NCBI GenBank assembly: GCA_014360805.1
Contig: JACIWU010000003.1
Span: 5,020-69,019 of the forward strand
Reading direction: 5' to 3'
From: Chloroflexota bacterium
Lineage (GTDB): Bacteria; Chloroflexota; Anaerolineae; DTLA01
DNA length: 64,000 nt
Positions within the stretch are counted from its first letter, which is position 1, and the number at the start of each line of letters is the position of its first letter. This document shows, in pieces, positions 1 through 8,951 of this stretch. Below the pieces are notes generated by a model that had not been told where the DNA came from, did no database searches, and worked only from the letters and a program-made list of their open reading frames with translations. Position numbers and translations under genes: made by a program.

Positions 1-1191
1 CTTGCGCAGGCGCTTGCGTAGTTCCTCCGCCAGCGCCGGCACCACCTGGAACAGGTCGCCCACGATGCCGTAGTTGGCCACCTTGAAGATGGGCGCCTCG
101 GGGTCTTTGTTGATGGCCACGATGATCTTGGACGTGCCCATTCCGGCCAGGTGCTGGATGGCGCCGGAGATGCCGCACGCGATGTACAGGTCGGGGCGGA
201 CGGTGCGGCCGGTCTGGCCCACCTGGTGCGCGTAGGGAATCCAGCCGGCGTCCACGGCCGCGCGCGAGGAGCCGACGGCCCCGCCGAGCACCTCGGCCAA
301 CTCGCGGAGCGGCTTGAACCCCTCCGGCCCGCGCACGCCCCGTCCGCCCGACACGATGATCTTGGCATCGGCCAGGTTGACCTCGCCCTCCTCCACGATG
401 AAGTCCACCACCTTGGCGGCGATCTGGTCTTCGGTCATCACCGGCGGGACTTTCACAATCTGGCCCTGGCGGCTGGAATCCGGCTCGGGCATCTCAAACA
501 CGCGATGGCGCACCGTGGCCATCTGCGGGCGGTAGTTGGGGCAGATGATGGTCGCCATGATGTTGCCGCCGAAGGCCGGGCGGGTCTGGCGCAGGAGTTT
601 CGTCTCCGGGTCAATGTCCAGCCCCGTGCAGTCCGCCGTCAGGCCGGTGTGGACTTCGGTGGCCACGGCGCCGGCCAAATCTCGGCCACGGGCGCTGGCC
701 CCCAGCAGGAAGATTTCCGGCTTGTACTGCCGCACCAGGTGCACCAGTTGCTTGGCGTAGGGCGCGGTACGGTACACGCCCAGCGACGGGTCGTCCACCA
801 GGAAGACGCGGTCTGCGCCGTAGTAAATGGCCTGCTGCGCGATGCCCTCCACGTTGTGGCCCAGGACGCAGGCCGTGAGAGTGGTGCCCAGGCTGTCGGC
901 GATCTTGCGACCCTGGCCCATCATCTCCCAGGAGATGCTGCACGCCTCGCCTCGGAACTGCTCCACCCAGACCCAGACGCCCTGGTACGCGCTGATGTCC
1001 TCTTCGCCCTTGCCCCGCTCGGGCAGGCTCAACGCCTCCACGGGGCAGACCTCCAGGCACGCGCCGCAGGCGGTGCACTTGTCGTCCACCGCCGCCTTGT
1101 CGTTCTCCATGCGCAGCGCGCCGAAGGGACAGGCCGCCACGCACGCCCCGCAGCCAATGCACGCTTCGGTGTCAATGATCAAGAGCGCCAT
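1..1191 (-). CDS. etfA: Electron transfer flavoprotein alpha subunit with N-terminal 2x[4Fe-4S] ferredoxin domain (3' end runs off window)
   Basis: Not in ORF track (no stop in window). Manual translation from ATG at 1191 gives [25 protein letters not shown]...[12 protein letters not shown], then EtfA motifs [66 protein letters not shown]. Lies directly after etfB. Confidence 0.95.
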   Translation of the reverse strand, partial: MALLIIDTEACIGCGACVAACPFGALRMENDKAAVDDKCTACGACLEVCPVEALSLPERGKGEEDISAYQGVWVWVEQFRGEACSISWEMMGQGRKIADSLGTTLTACVLGHNVEGIAQQAIYYGADRVFLVDDPSLGVYRTAPYAKQLVHLVRQYKPEIFLLGASARGRDLAGAVATEVHTGLTADCTGLDIDPETKLLRQTRPAFGGNIMATIICPNYRPQMATVRHRVFEMPEPDSSRQGQIVKVPPVMTEDQIAAKVVDFIVEEGEVNLADAKIIVSGGRGVRGPEGFKPLRELAEVLGGAVGSSRAAVDAGWIPYAHQVGQTGRTVRPDLYIACGISGAIQHLAGMGTSKIIVAINKDPEAPIFKVANYGIVGDLFQVVPALAEELRKRLRK

Positions 1192-1200
1192 GGCAGCCTC

Positions 1201-2001
1201 CTATATCACTTTCTCTTGAAGCAGCAGGTCGGCCAGTTTCGCGGCCTGCTCTTGGGGCGATTCGCCCTCAATCATCACGATTTGCCCGCTGCGGGGCGGC
1301 GGGTTGAACACGCGCACCACCTGCGTCGGCGAGCCTTTCAGCCCCAGCAGGTCCGGCTTGGCATCGGGCAGGTCCGCTGCCGTCCAGACGGGAATCTCCG
1401 CCCGCGTTGCCCGTCGGATGCCCATGATGGTGGGGTAGCGCGGCTGGTTGATGTCCTTGACGACCGTCAGCAGGGCGGGCAGGCGCGTCTCCACCACCTC
1501 GCGGCCCTCCTCCAGAAGCCGCTCTACCTTGATTCGCTTCGCCTGGAAGTCAATCTCCTGAATCTTGAAGACATACGTGAGTTGCTCAATGTCCAGTTGG
1601 CGGGCGATGCCCGGGCCGACCTGGCCGGTGTCGCCGTCAATGGCCTGCTTGCCGCACAGGATCACATCAAAGTCGCCGATCTTGCGGATGGCATTGGCCA
1701 GGGTGTAGGCGGTGGCCCAGGTGTCCGAGCCGGCGAAGGCGCGATCGCTGAGAAGGATGGCCTCGTCCGCGCCCATGGCGATGGCCTCCTTCAGCGCCTC
1801 TTTGGCCTGCGGCGGGCCCATGGAGATGACCGTTACCTTGCCCCCGAATTTCTCGCGCAGGCGCAGGGCCTCCTCAATGGCATAGGTATCAAAGGGGTTC
1901 ACGATGCTGGGGACGCCCTCGCGGATGAGGGTCCCCGTCTCCGGATTCACCTTGACATCCGTCGTGTCAGGCACCTGTTTGATGCAGACAATGGCGTGCA
2001 C
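1201..2001 (-). CDS. etfB: Electron transfer flavoprotein beta subunit (bifurcating-type signature)
   Basis: CIKQVPDT, NPFDTYAIEEA, DRAFAGSDTWAT, GKQAIDGDTGQVGP, NQPRYPT, GLKGSPT. Confidence 0.96.
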   Translation of the reverse strand: MHAIVCIKQVPDTTDVKVNPETGTLIREGVPSIVNPFDTYAIEEALRLREKFGGKVTVISMGPPQAKEALKEAIAMGADEAILLSDRAFAGSDTWATAYTLANAIRKIGDFDVILCGKQAIDGDTGQVGPGIARQLDIEQLTYVFKIQEIDFQAKRIKVERLLEEGREVVETRLPALLTVVKDINQPRYPTIMGIRRATRAEIPVWTAADLPDAKPDLLGLKGSPTQVVRVFNPPPRSGQIVMIEGESPQEQAAKLADLLLQEKVI

Positions 2002-2044
2002 GTTGACCTCCTCTGCTGATGATGAACTGCTTGCCGAAGCATTT

Positions 2045-2132
2045 AGCCATCAGCCTTTAGCCGTCAGCCATCAGCACACCCCGCTGACCGCTGTCGGCTG
2101 ATCGCTGATTGCTGATTGCTGTCGGCTGACCG
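2045..2132. repeat. Heptamer-type (AGCCRTC / GCTGATY) inverted tandem repeat, intergenic
   Basis: agccatcagcctttagccgtcagccatcagc followed by the complementary run gctgaccgctgtcggctgatcgctgattgctgattgctgtcggctgaccgct. A related run lies at 52622-52682. Confidence 0.7.
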
Positions 2133-2136
2133 CTCC

Positions 2137-3357
2137 TTACGCTTCCCGCTGCCACTCCTCGGGGTCGTAGGCGGGCAGTTCGCACCGAAGCGGCTTATCG
2201 CTGCGGTATCCCAGGGCGTACTGCGCCTGCATGAGTTGCTGAATCTCCTTGGAGCCTTCGTAGATGACCGCACCCTTGGAGTTGCGCAGATACCGTTCTA
2301 CATCGTACTCGTCGGAATAGCCGTAGGCTCCGTGGACTTCCACGGCGTCGTCGGCGCACTCAAAGGACGACTGCGTCGCGAACCACTTGGCCAGGCCCGT
2401 CTCGCGGGTGTTGCGGATGCCCTGGTTCTTGAGCCAGCCTGCGCGCAGGTACAGCAGGCGCGCCGCCTCGTACTTCAGCACCATGTTGGCGATCATCTGC
2501 TGGACGAGTTGGTGCTGGCCGATGGGGACGCCGAAGGTCTGGCGCTCGTTGGCGTACTTCACGGATGCCTCTAGGCAGGCGCGGATGAGGCCCGTTGCCC
2601 CCGCCGCCACCGTGTAGCGGCCGTTGTCCAGGCACGACATGGCGATCTTGAACCCCTCGCCCTCCAGCCCCAGCATGTTCTCGGCGGGCACGGGGACGTC
2701 GGTCATGGAGATGAAGCCGGTGTTGCCCGCGCGGACGCCCAGTTTGCCGTGGATGGTGCCGGTCTCCAGGCCCGGCCAGCCGCGCTCCACGATGAACGCC
2801 GACATGCCGCTGTGGTCGCGCGCCTTCTTCTTCTCCATGTCCGTCCACGCGAAGATGAGGAAGTGGTCGGCCACGTCCGCCAGCGAAATCCACATCTTCT
2901 CGCCGTTGAGAATCCAGTGGTCGCCGTCGCGGCGGGCGGTGGACTGGATGCCCACCACATCGGAACCTGCTGCCGGCTCCGTGAGGCCGTAGGTGGCGAT
3001 CTTCTGCCCCATGGCCTGCGGGACCAGGTACTTCTGCTTCTGCTCCTCCGTGCCCCACTGGAGCAGGCCCAGGCTATTCAGGCCGACGTGCACCGACATG
3101 ATCACCCGCGCCGAGGTATCTACTCGCTCCAGTTCCTCGCACGTCAGGCCCAGGGAGATGTAGTCCATCCCCGCGCCACCATAGCGCACCGGGATGCAGA
3201 TGCCGAGGATGCCCTGCGCGGCCATCTTGGGCAGGATGCTGCGGTCAAAGGTGTGCTTGCGGTCGTTCTCCTTGACCGTGGGCGCGATCTCGCGTTCGGC
3301 GAACTCGCGCACCATCTTCTGCACCATGAGGTGCTCTTCCGACAGGGTAAAATCCAT
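2137..3357 (-). CDS. Acyl-CoA dehydrogenase (Etf-associated)
   Basis: Start MDFTLSEEH after GAGGAGGGGG RBS. Motifs [47 protein letters not shown]. Confidence 0.95.
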   Translation of the reverse strand: MDFTLSEEHLMVQKMVREFAEREIAPTVKENDRKHTFDRSILPKMAAQGILGICIPVRYGGAGMDYISLGLTCEELERVDTSARVIMSVHVGLNSLGLLQWGTEEQKQKYLVPQAMGQKIATYGLTEPAAGSDVVGIQSTARRDGDHWILNGEKMWISLADVADHFLIFAWTDMEKKKARDHSGMSAFIVERGWPGLETGTIHGKLGVRAGNTGFISMTDVPVPAENMLGLEGEGFKIAMSCLDNGRYTVAAGATGLIRACLEASVKYANERQTFGVPIGQHQLVQQMIANMVLKYEAARLLYLRAGWLKNQGIRNTRETGLAKWFATQSSFECADDAVEVHGAYGYSDEYDVERYLRNSKGAVIYEGSKEIQQLMQAQYALGYRSDKPLRCELPAYDPEEWQREA

Positions 3358-3528
3358 GTCCCCCTCCTCGCTAGTCTTTCGGCGCCCCGGTCGGCCCGGA
3401 AAACGAAAGGCGAAGCCGTTGCCGACAGGGAACGCCACAACCTTCCTGTCGGCGCACATGCTTCGCCCGGATTGGACTGCGCCTTCGCACGTCTGAGACC
3501 TCCGTGGGCTCCGACTCTTCTTGCGCCC

Positions 3529-3557
3529 ATTATATCACGATGCGCAAAAGGCCACAA
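3529..3557 (-). promoter_or_regulatory. Sigma70-type promoter for the acyl-CoA dehydrogenase/etf operon
   Basis: Minus strand TTGTGG-17 nt-TATAAT with extended -10 TG (tgaTATAAT). Confidence 0.6.
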
Positions 3558-3605
3558 GCCAGGCCCGCCGGAGGGGATGGTTACGGGCCAATCGGACCCG
3601 CGGAA

Positions 3606-5603
3606 TCAAGCGGGTTGGGCCACCTCCACACTCGCGAGGCTGTAGGGGCTGACCGGCGCGCCTGTCTCCCGCGCCCGCAGCCAGCGCAACATCATCGCGT
3701 CGCCGCTGGCCCCGAAGCGGTGCGGGTCGTAGCGGGCCAGGCCCAGCGCGGCGCGCTTGGCGTCTATGTGCGCTAGCGACCGCGCGACAATCTCTTCGGG
3801 ATCGCGCACGAATTCCAACTTGCCGCCGACGCGCTGCTCCCACCCCTGGCTGATGAACTCGGTTACGACGGGGCTGGCCTCCACAGGGTTGTCGCCTCCG
3901 AACAGCGTGTACACACCCGAAGCGACCAAGTATGCCCCGATGGACACCGCTTTCTCGCTCATCCATTCGGGCGCGATGCCCACGCCGGGGATGTCGCTGA
4001 TGTCTTCGCCCAGCCCGCCCTCGGTCGCCATCTGCGACAACACCGTGAGGATGCGCGAATTGTCCACGCACGACCCCATGTGGAGCACGGGCGGGATTCC
4101 CAGCGCCTCGCAGACCTCACGTAGCCCCGCGCCAACCTCATTGAACGCCTGTTCCGGCGACAGCAGCCCGTACTTCGCCGCCGAAATCGCCCCGCATCCG
4201 GTTTGCACCACCAGCACGTCATTGCGGATGAACTCGCGGACGATGTACTCGTGCGCCGCATCATGCGCGCTGGCGCGGGGGTTGTTGCACCCCGCCACGC
4301 CCGCCACACCCCGAATGCGGCCCTGCACGATCGCCTCGTTGAGCGGGCGAAACGACCCCCGATACACGCCGCCCATCATATAGTTCAGGTACTCATGGGA
4401 GAACCCGGCCACCAGGTTGCTCTTGAACTGCGGAATGCGGGTCTCGCCGCGATTGGGGTAGTTGTCAATCGCCATGCGCACCAGGTCTTTGGCGATGGCC
4501 AAGGCGCGCCGCTCGTCCATCTCCACGTGGAGCGCGCCGTGGATTTTCACCTTGGGCGAGGTGGTTACGAGTTTGGTGTGGAACCGCTGGGACAGCGGGG
4601 CCAGCGCCTCCATGATGCATTGCACATCCACCACCATCATCTCCACCGCGCCGGTGAGGATGGCAAGTTCCTGGCTGAGGAAGTTGCCCGCCGTGCCCAC
4701 GCCCTGCCGCATGAGAACCTCGTTGGCCGTGCAGCAGATGCCCGTCAGGTTGATACCCGTCGCGCCCTTGGATTGGGCGTAGGCGATGAGTTCGGGATCC
4801 TGGGATGCCGCGACGATCATCTCCGACAGCGTCGGCTCGTGGCCGTGGACAACGATGTTGACGGTGTCCTTGCCCAGGATGCCCAGGTTGGCCTGGGATT
4901 GCAAAGGCGCGGGCGTGCCGAACAGGATGTCGGTGATGTCGGTGGCCAGCATGGAGCCGCTCCAGCCGTCGGCCAGGGCGCAGCGCAGGCCGGCCATGAG
5001 GATGTGCTCGTGGTCCTGGTCGTCGCCGATGTGGGTGCGGTGGAGCAAATCCACCACCTCGCGGTCAATGCCGCGTGGCGCGATGCCCAGATTGCGCCAG
5101 ATTTCCTGGCGCGGCTTGGGGGCGCGGCGCAGGTAGGCGGCCTCCTTGCGTTGCGACGTGAACTGCTCCATGGCCTTGAGCGCCACGTCGCGGGCCACCT
5201 CCATCGTGCCTCGCTTCTCGGTGGCCACGCCCAAGAAACGCGCCACCTCGCGCAGTTTTCGCTCGTCGCGGATTCGGTAGTCGGGCGCTTCGCCTTCGGC
5301 GGCGGCCAGCAGGGTGAACACCAGGTCGCGCCCGTGATCGGAGTGGGCCGCTGCGCCTACCGCGATCATGCGGGCGAAGTTGCGTGAGGTAACGGTCTCT
5401 ATCGTGGCCCCGCAGATGCCCGTCTGGCCGGGCTTCACCAGGCGGCACGGGCCCATGTGGCAATGCTTGCAGCACGCGCCGATGTGCCCGATGGGGCAGG
5501 GCTTCATCGCCTCGGCGCGGCTGAATGCCGTGGAGACGCCCTCCTGCTCGGCGTACTCCAGCAGGGTACACACCGCAGGGTCAATACTCTTTGTCGTTGC
5601 CAT
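3606..5603 (-). CDS. cooS: Anaerobic Ni,Fe carbon monoxide dehydrogenase catalytic subunit
   Basis: D/B-cluster Cys motif PCPIGHIGACCKHCHMGPC...CGA. C-cluster ligands VHGHEP, GICCT, DVQC, AGCNN, TGCG, GSCVD; also AHSDH and SEKA. Start MATTKS after AGAGGAG RBS. Confidence 0.95.
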   Translation of the reverse strand: MATTKSIDPAVCTLLEYAEQEGVSTAFSRAEAMKPCPIGHIGACCKHCHMGPCRLVKPGQTGICGATIETVTSRNFARMIAVGAAAHSDHGRDLVFTLLAAAEGEAPDYRIRDERKLREVARFLGVATEKRGTMEVARDVALKAMEQFTSQRKEAAYLRRAPKPRQEIWRNLGIAPRGIDREVVDLLHRTHIGDDQDHEHILMAGLRCALADGWSGSMLATDITDILFGTPAPLQSQANLGILGKDTVNIVVHGHEPTLSEMIVAASQDPELIAYAQSKGATGINLTGICCTANEVLMRQGVGTAGNFLSQELAILTGAVEMMVVDVQCIMEALAPLSQRFHTKLVTTSPKVKIHGALHVEMDERRALAIAKDLVRMAIDNYPNRGETRIPQFKSNLVAGFSHEYLNYMMGGVYRGSFRPLNEAIVQGRIRGVAGVAGCNNPRASAHDAAHEYIVREFIRNDVLVVQTGCGAISAAKYGLLSPEQAFNEVGAGLREVCEALGIPPVLHMGSCVDNSRILTVLSQMATEGGLGEDISDIPGVGIAPEWMSEKAVSIGAYLVASGVYTLFGGDNPVEASPVVTEFISQGWEQRVGGKLEFVRDPEEIVARSLAHIDAKRAALGLARYDPHRFGASGDAMMLRWLRARETGAPVSPYSLASVEVAQPA

Positions 5604-5635
5604 TGGCTCTCCTCTCCGTTGCTGTGCGGTCGCGC

Positions 5636-5887
5636 TCACTCGGGCTTGCCGATACGCACGCGCCAGATGTCCGGCCCCTGCTCCAGGTACTCCCAGGTGA
5701 ACTGGCCTGGCCGCTCGTACAGAAAGGCGTAGTGGAGCGGCTTGGGGTCGTGATCGTTCACCAAAACGAACGCCTCGCCGGGTCGCAGGCCGTCAAACGT
5801 GGCGTCAATCAGCGGGTGGCGCTCTGGTGGTGGCACCGCGCGGATGTCCAGTTCGCTGGTGATGAATGGGCGCGTTCTCTGCTCCAT
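5636..5887 (-). CDS. DUF2249 family protein
   Basis: ELDIRAVPPPERHPLI...LRPGEAFVLVNDHDPKPL...FTWEYLEQGPDIWRVRI is the typical DUF2249 pattern. Confidence 0.88.
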   Translation of the reverse strand: MEQRTRPFITSELDIRAVPPPERHPLIDATFDGLRPGEAFVLVNDHDPKPLHYAFLYERPGQFTWEYLEQGPDIWRVRIGKPE

Positions 5888-5905
5888 AGACTCCGCCCTC
5901 CCGGA

Positions 5906-6460
5906 CTACTGCAGGTATATTCCGCTCAGCCGGTCCAGCATGTGGTGATACTCCTCATGCTTGCCCGGGCCGATGCGCTCCATCTCCACGCGATCAAACC
6001 CTTCCAGCAGGCAGGCCTGCTGCTCGTCCGAGAGGTGCATGTCGGCGATGACGTACAGGATGTTGTCTTCCTTGTCAATGTGCTGGGTGAGCAGGCCGAT
6101 ATAGTTGGAAGCGTTCTGCGCGAAGCGGCGTGCCGCCGCGGGGTCGCCGGCTTTGTACGCGGGCAGCGCGTCGGCCATCGCCCGCACGTAGGAGCGCCCC
6201 TGGTCATGCTCGGCCAGCATCACCGCGATGGGGCCGCCCTCCTTGGGGACGCCTGCCTTCTCCATCTCCCCGAACAGCAGGTCTTCCTCCTTGCCGTGAT
6301 GGCAGCGGTCGGCGAAGGTGCGGATGAAGTCCACCATCTGCTCCATGTGCTCCGGCGGAACCGACTCCCCCACCTGGAGTTTGTCGGCAATCCTGCCCAG
6401 GATGCGCAGCCCCACCTTGATGCCCTGATGCTCCTCTTTGAGAACCTCCGTCGGTCTCAT
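5906..6460 (-). CDS. Hemerythrin/HHE cation-binding domain protein
   Basis: LKEEH, DRCHHGKEEDLLF, GPIAVMLAEHDQGR, HIDKEDNILY, HEEYH. Confidence 0.9.
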   Translation of the reverse strand: MRPTEVLKEEHQGIKVGLRILGRIADKLQVGESVPPEHMEQMVDFIRTFADRCHHGKEEDLLFGEMEKAGVPKEGGPIAVMLAEHDQGRSYVRAMADALPAYKAGDPAAARRFAQNASNYIGLLTQHIDKEDNILYVIADMHLSDEQQACLLEGFDRVEMERIGPGKHEEYHHMLDRLSGIYLQ

Positions 6461-6518
6461 CTTCGCGCCTCCGATTTGCAACGGGCCGATGCCCGATTGT
6501 CAGGTTTCTTGTACATCC

Positions 6519-6561
6519 AGTATAAACCAGGGGCGCGCTCCTGTATGTGACTTTGGTCGCG
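6519..6561 (-). promoter_or_regulatory. Class II Crp/Fnr-type promoter for hemerythrin-DUF2249-cooS
   Basis: -10 TATACT (6524-6519). Imperfect palindrome TGTGA-ctttgg-TCGCG at 6546-6561, centred about -41.5. Confidence 0.7.
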
Positions 6562-6570
6562 TGGGCGCAA

Positions 6571-6676
6571 GAACCGTGCGGCGCACTTCCGAGGTGCGCC
6601 GCACGGTTCGCGCTCTGGAATGCTGAAGCGTGGCGTTGGCATTTGGAATGCTGAAGCGTGGCTTCAGCATTCCAAG
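6571..6676. repeat. REP-like palindromes
   Basis: gaaccgtgcggcgcac-ttccgag-gtgcgccgcacggttc (6571-6609), then two copies of tggaatgctgaagcgtggc, the second closing into the hairpin ttggaatgctgaagc-gtg-gcttcagcattccaa. Confidence 0.8.
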
Positions 6677-6690
6677 TCTTCGCGGTTGGG

Positions 6691-8337
6691 CTACGCCTCC
6701 GCCGGAGCCAAAGCCGGTTTGCGCTCCAGCCACCGCTCCGGCACCACCAGGCTCAGCACGTTCTTCCACCCCAGCGTGGCGATGATGTTGATGAGGAAGG
6801 CGACAAAGCCCACTGCAATGAGGATGCCGCCGATGACGGCCAGAATCTCGTTCGTCTGGTACTGGCTGCCTTCGGGGTACAGCGTTCGGCGCAACATGCC
6901 CCTCGCCCCCGCCATGCCCATCACGTAGGCCATCCCTACCGAGCCGATCATCCACAGCCAGAAGTGGGCGTCCACGAGGCGTTTGCTCTTGATCTCCAGG
7001 TTCGTCAGCATGGGGATCAGCGCGTACACCACGGCGAACAAGAGCATTGCCAGTCCGGTCAGCAGGAAGGTATGCGCGTGGAGCGACACGACCCACTGGG
7101 TGTTGTGGAACACCACGTTCAGCCCCACGTTGGCCTGGATGAGGCCCGCCGCGCCGCCCATGATGAACCCGAACATGGAGCCGAGCACGAACTTCAGCGG
7201 CGGCGAGAACTTCACGGGCCGCGCCAGCCAGATGGTCATCAGCGTGGCGAACAGCGTCAGGCCCATGGTGAAAAACTCGCCCCACGTGATGAACTGCCCC
7301 GAAATGAGCCGCATCCACAGCGGCTGGCTCTGATCGCCCAGCAGGTGGTGGCTCCATACGCCCAGGGACACGAGCAAGTCCACCATGATGACCGTCTTCA
7401 CCACGTTCTCGCCGAACAGTTTGCGGCCCACCAGCAGCGGCACCAGCAGGTACCACACCCCCGCCGTGTACATGAGCACGTTGCCGTCGGCCACCATGTC
7501 CAGCCCCCACCAGAACCAGTTCTTGTAGATGAGCGGGTCAATGGCGGCGGGGTTCAGCGGCGACTTCACAAGCGCCGCGATGCCATAGACCAAAATCAAC
7601 GCCCCCGCCGTGAGGAGCACGATGGCGTTGATGACGGTGTCAATGGAGCCGCGCGCCACCGCCACGATGAACACGGGCAGCCCGTTGTAGTCCAGGTTGG
7701 GCGCGGCCTTGTCCTCTTTGCCCAGGCGCTTCATCAGCCGCGAGATGCCGAACGCCGCCCGCAGAAACGCGCCGAAACTGTACGAGCCTGGGTTGCTCTT
7801 GCTCAGCACGGTGCTGAAGGTGTTGAACGAGAACAGCAGGATGTTGACCATGATGATGGCCGCGCCGACGGTGAAGGCGATGCTCCCGATGAGCGGCACG
7901 CGGTCATAGGACACGGGCAGCGGCCAGTAGAGCGTGTACAGCGAATTGAACAGCCCGAAGAACCCCGCGCCCCAGCAAATCATCACGCCGACAATCTGCG
8001 CCCAGAAGTTGAAGACCAGCAGTTTCTTGTGGCGAACTTCTTTGCCGAGGAGATAAGGAACCAGGAAGTAAAACGCGCCGAACACCAGCATGTAGGCGAA
8101 GCCGTAGATGCCGACGATGGGGTGCGCCGTGAGCATCGCGTAGAACAATTCCGCCGAGGACACCTCGCGCCCCACGGGCCGCAGCGCCATCAGCGCCTCC
8201 TCCATGCCCCGGAGCGCGCCGGGCGCCGCCAGTTGGGTACGCATGAGCATTCCCTCAAACCCCGACAGCGCCAGGAACAGCAGCCCCACCACCGCGAACC
8301 GCAGCATCCACTTCGTTTGCCAAGTGAGTTTCGCCAT
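6691..8337 (-). CDS. Heme-copper oxidase superfamily subunit I, non-canonical active site (gNOR-like putative NO reductase)
   Basis: Multi-TM protein with heme ligands LTAHP (helix II), VWSHHL (helix VII) and LHAHT (helix X). Helix VI reads WFWWGLDMVADGNVLMY, with no His and no HPxVY motif. Confidence 0.85.
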   Translation of the reverse strand: MAKLTWQTKWMLRFAVVGLLFLALSGFEGMLMRTQLAAPGALRGMEEALMALRPVGREVSSAELFYAMLTAHPIVGIYGFAYMLVFGAFYFLVPYLLGKEVRHKKLLVFNFWAQIVGVMICWGAGFFGLFNSLYTLYWPLPVSYDRVPLIGSIAFTVGAAIIMVNILLFSFNTFSTVLSKSNPGSYSFGAFLRAAFGISRLMKRLGKEDKAAPNLDYNGLPVFIVAVARGSIDTVINAIVLLTAGALILVYGIAALVKSPLNPAAIDPLIYKNWFWWGLDMVADGNVLMYTAGVWYLLVPLLVGRKLFGENVVKTVIMVDLLVSLGVWSHHLLGDQSQPLWMRLISGQFITWGEFFTMGLTLFATLMTIWLARPVKFSPPLKFVLGSMFGFIMGGAAGLIQANVGLNVVFHNTQWVVSLHAHTFLLTGLAMLLFAVVYALIPMLTNLEIKSKRLVDAHFWLWMIGSVGMAYVMGMAGARGMLRRTLYPEGSQYQTNEILAVIGGILIAVGFVAFLINIIATLGWKNVLSLVVPERWLERKPALAPAEA

Positions 8338-8349
8338 CTCACACCTCCC

Positions 8350-8772
8350 CTATGGCACTACGCGAATGGCATTCGGGAAGTACATCTCCGAATGGCGCGG
8401 GCCTGAGTATTCGGTGGAACGCACATCGTACACGCCAGGGGTGTCAAACTTCCACGTAATCTTGTTCTCGTAGCCCGGCAGGACCTGCATCTGGAAGACC
8501 ATCGTCCCATCGGGACGGAACACCCCGAAGCCGTAGGTTACGTCCTTGGACGTGGCGACAAACTGCACGAACTCATTGACCTTGACCTGCACGCCGCCCT
8601 GGGGAAACCGAATCTGGTAGTCTTCAAACTCCAGCGGAACGATTCGGTCGGGCGTGGGGCGAGACCACAGGAGCCACCGTTGCCAGGGAACCAAAGGCGA
8701 GAGTGTGATGGCGTTGACGAGCAGGAACACGCCCACGAGGACGAACAACCAGTTCCGTTCCCGTTTGTCCAT
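8350..8772 (-). CDS. Heme-copper oxidase subunit II-like cupredoxin lacking CuA ligands
   Basis: One TM plus cupredoxin fold. SKDVTYGF replaces DVxHGF and STEYSGPRHSEM replaces CxEYCGxxHxxM. Confidence 0.85.
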   Translation of the reverse strand: MDKRERNWLFVLVGVFLLVNAITLSPLVPWQRWLLWSRPTPDRIVPLEFEDYQIRFPQGGVQVKVNEFVQFVATSKDVTYGFGVFRPDGTMVFQMQVLPGYENKITWKFDTPGVYDVRSTEYSGPRHSEMYFPNAIRVVP

Positions 8773-8773
8773 C

Positions 8774-8878
8774 TCAATCTCCTTTCTCCCTCACTTTCCA
8801 GGCGAAGAGCAGCATGAAGAGGATCGCCAGAACCAGGAATGCCGTGTAAGCCCACCAGATGACATCCGTTGCGTACAT
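8774..8878 (-). CDS. 34-aa single-TM peptide, probable small subunit of the oxidase
   Basis: Not in ORF track. MYATDVIWWAYTAFLVLAILFMLLFAWKVREKGD*, AAGGAGGGGG RBS, stop 1 nt before the subunit II ATG. Confidence 0.8.
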   Translation of the reverse strand: MYATDVIWWAYTAFLVLAILFMLLFAWKVREKGD

Positions 8879-8951
8879 AGCCCCCTCCTTGTGGTTTTTG
8901 CAGCACGCGGGTCTGCGAGGATAAGGCGGAGACTTCCGCCCTCATACGAAA

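Noticed and set aside
151..2019. 622-aa plus-strand ORF, and similar long ORFs at 25604-28621, 37881-40760 and 41319-44948
   Set aside because: Antisense shadows of well-supported minus-strand genes, expected at high GC; no recognisable motifs.
3606..5603. Hybrid cluster protein (hcp), suggested by the gene context
   Set aside because: The sequence carries CODH-specific D/B/C-cluster motifs and CODH length, not the Hcp pattern.
6691..8772. Conventional cytochrome c oxidase (coxAB/cbaAB)
   Set aside because: Helix-VI His/Tyr and the CuA Cys/His ligands are missing.
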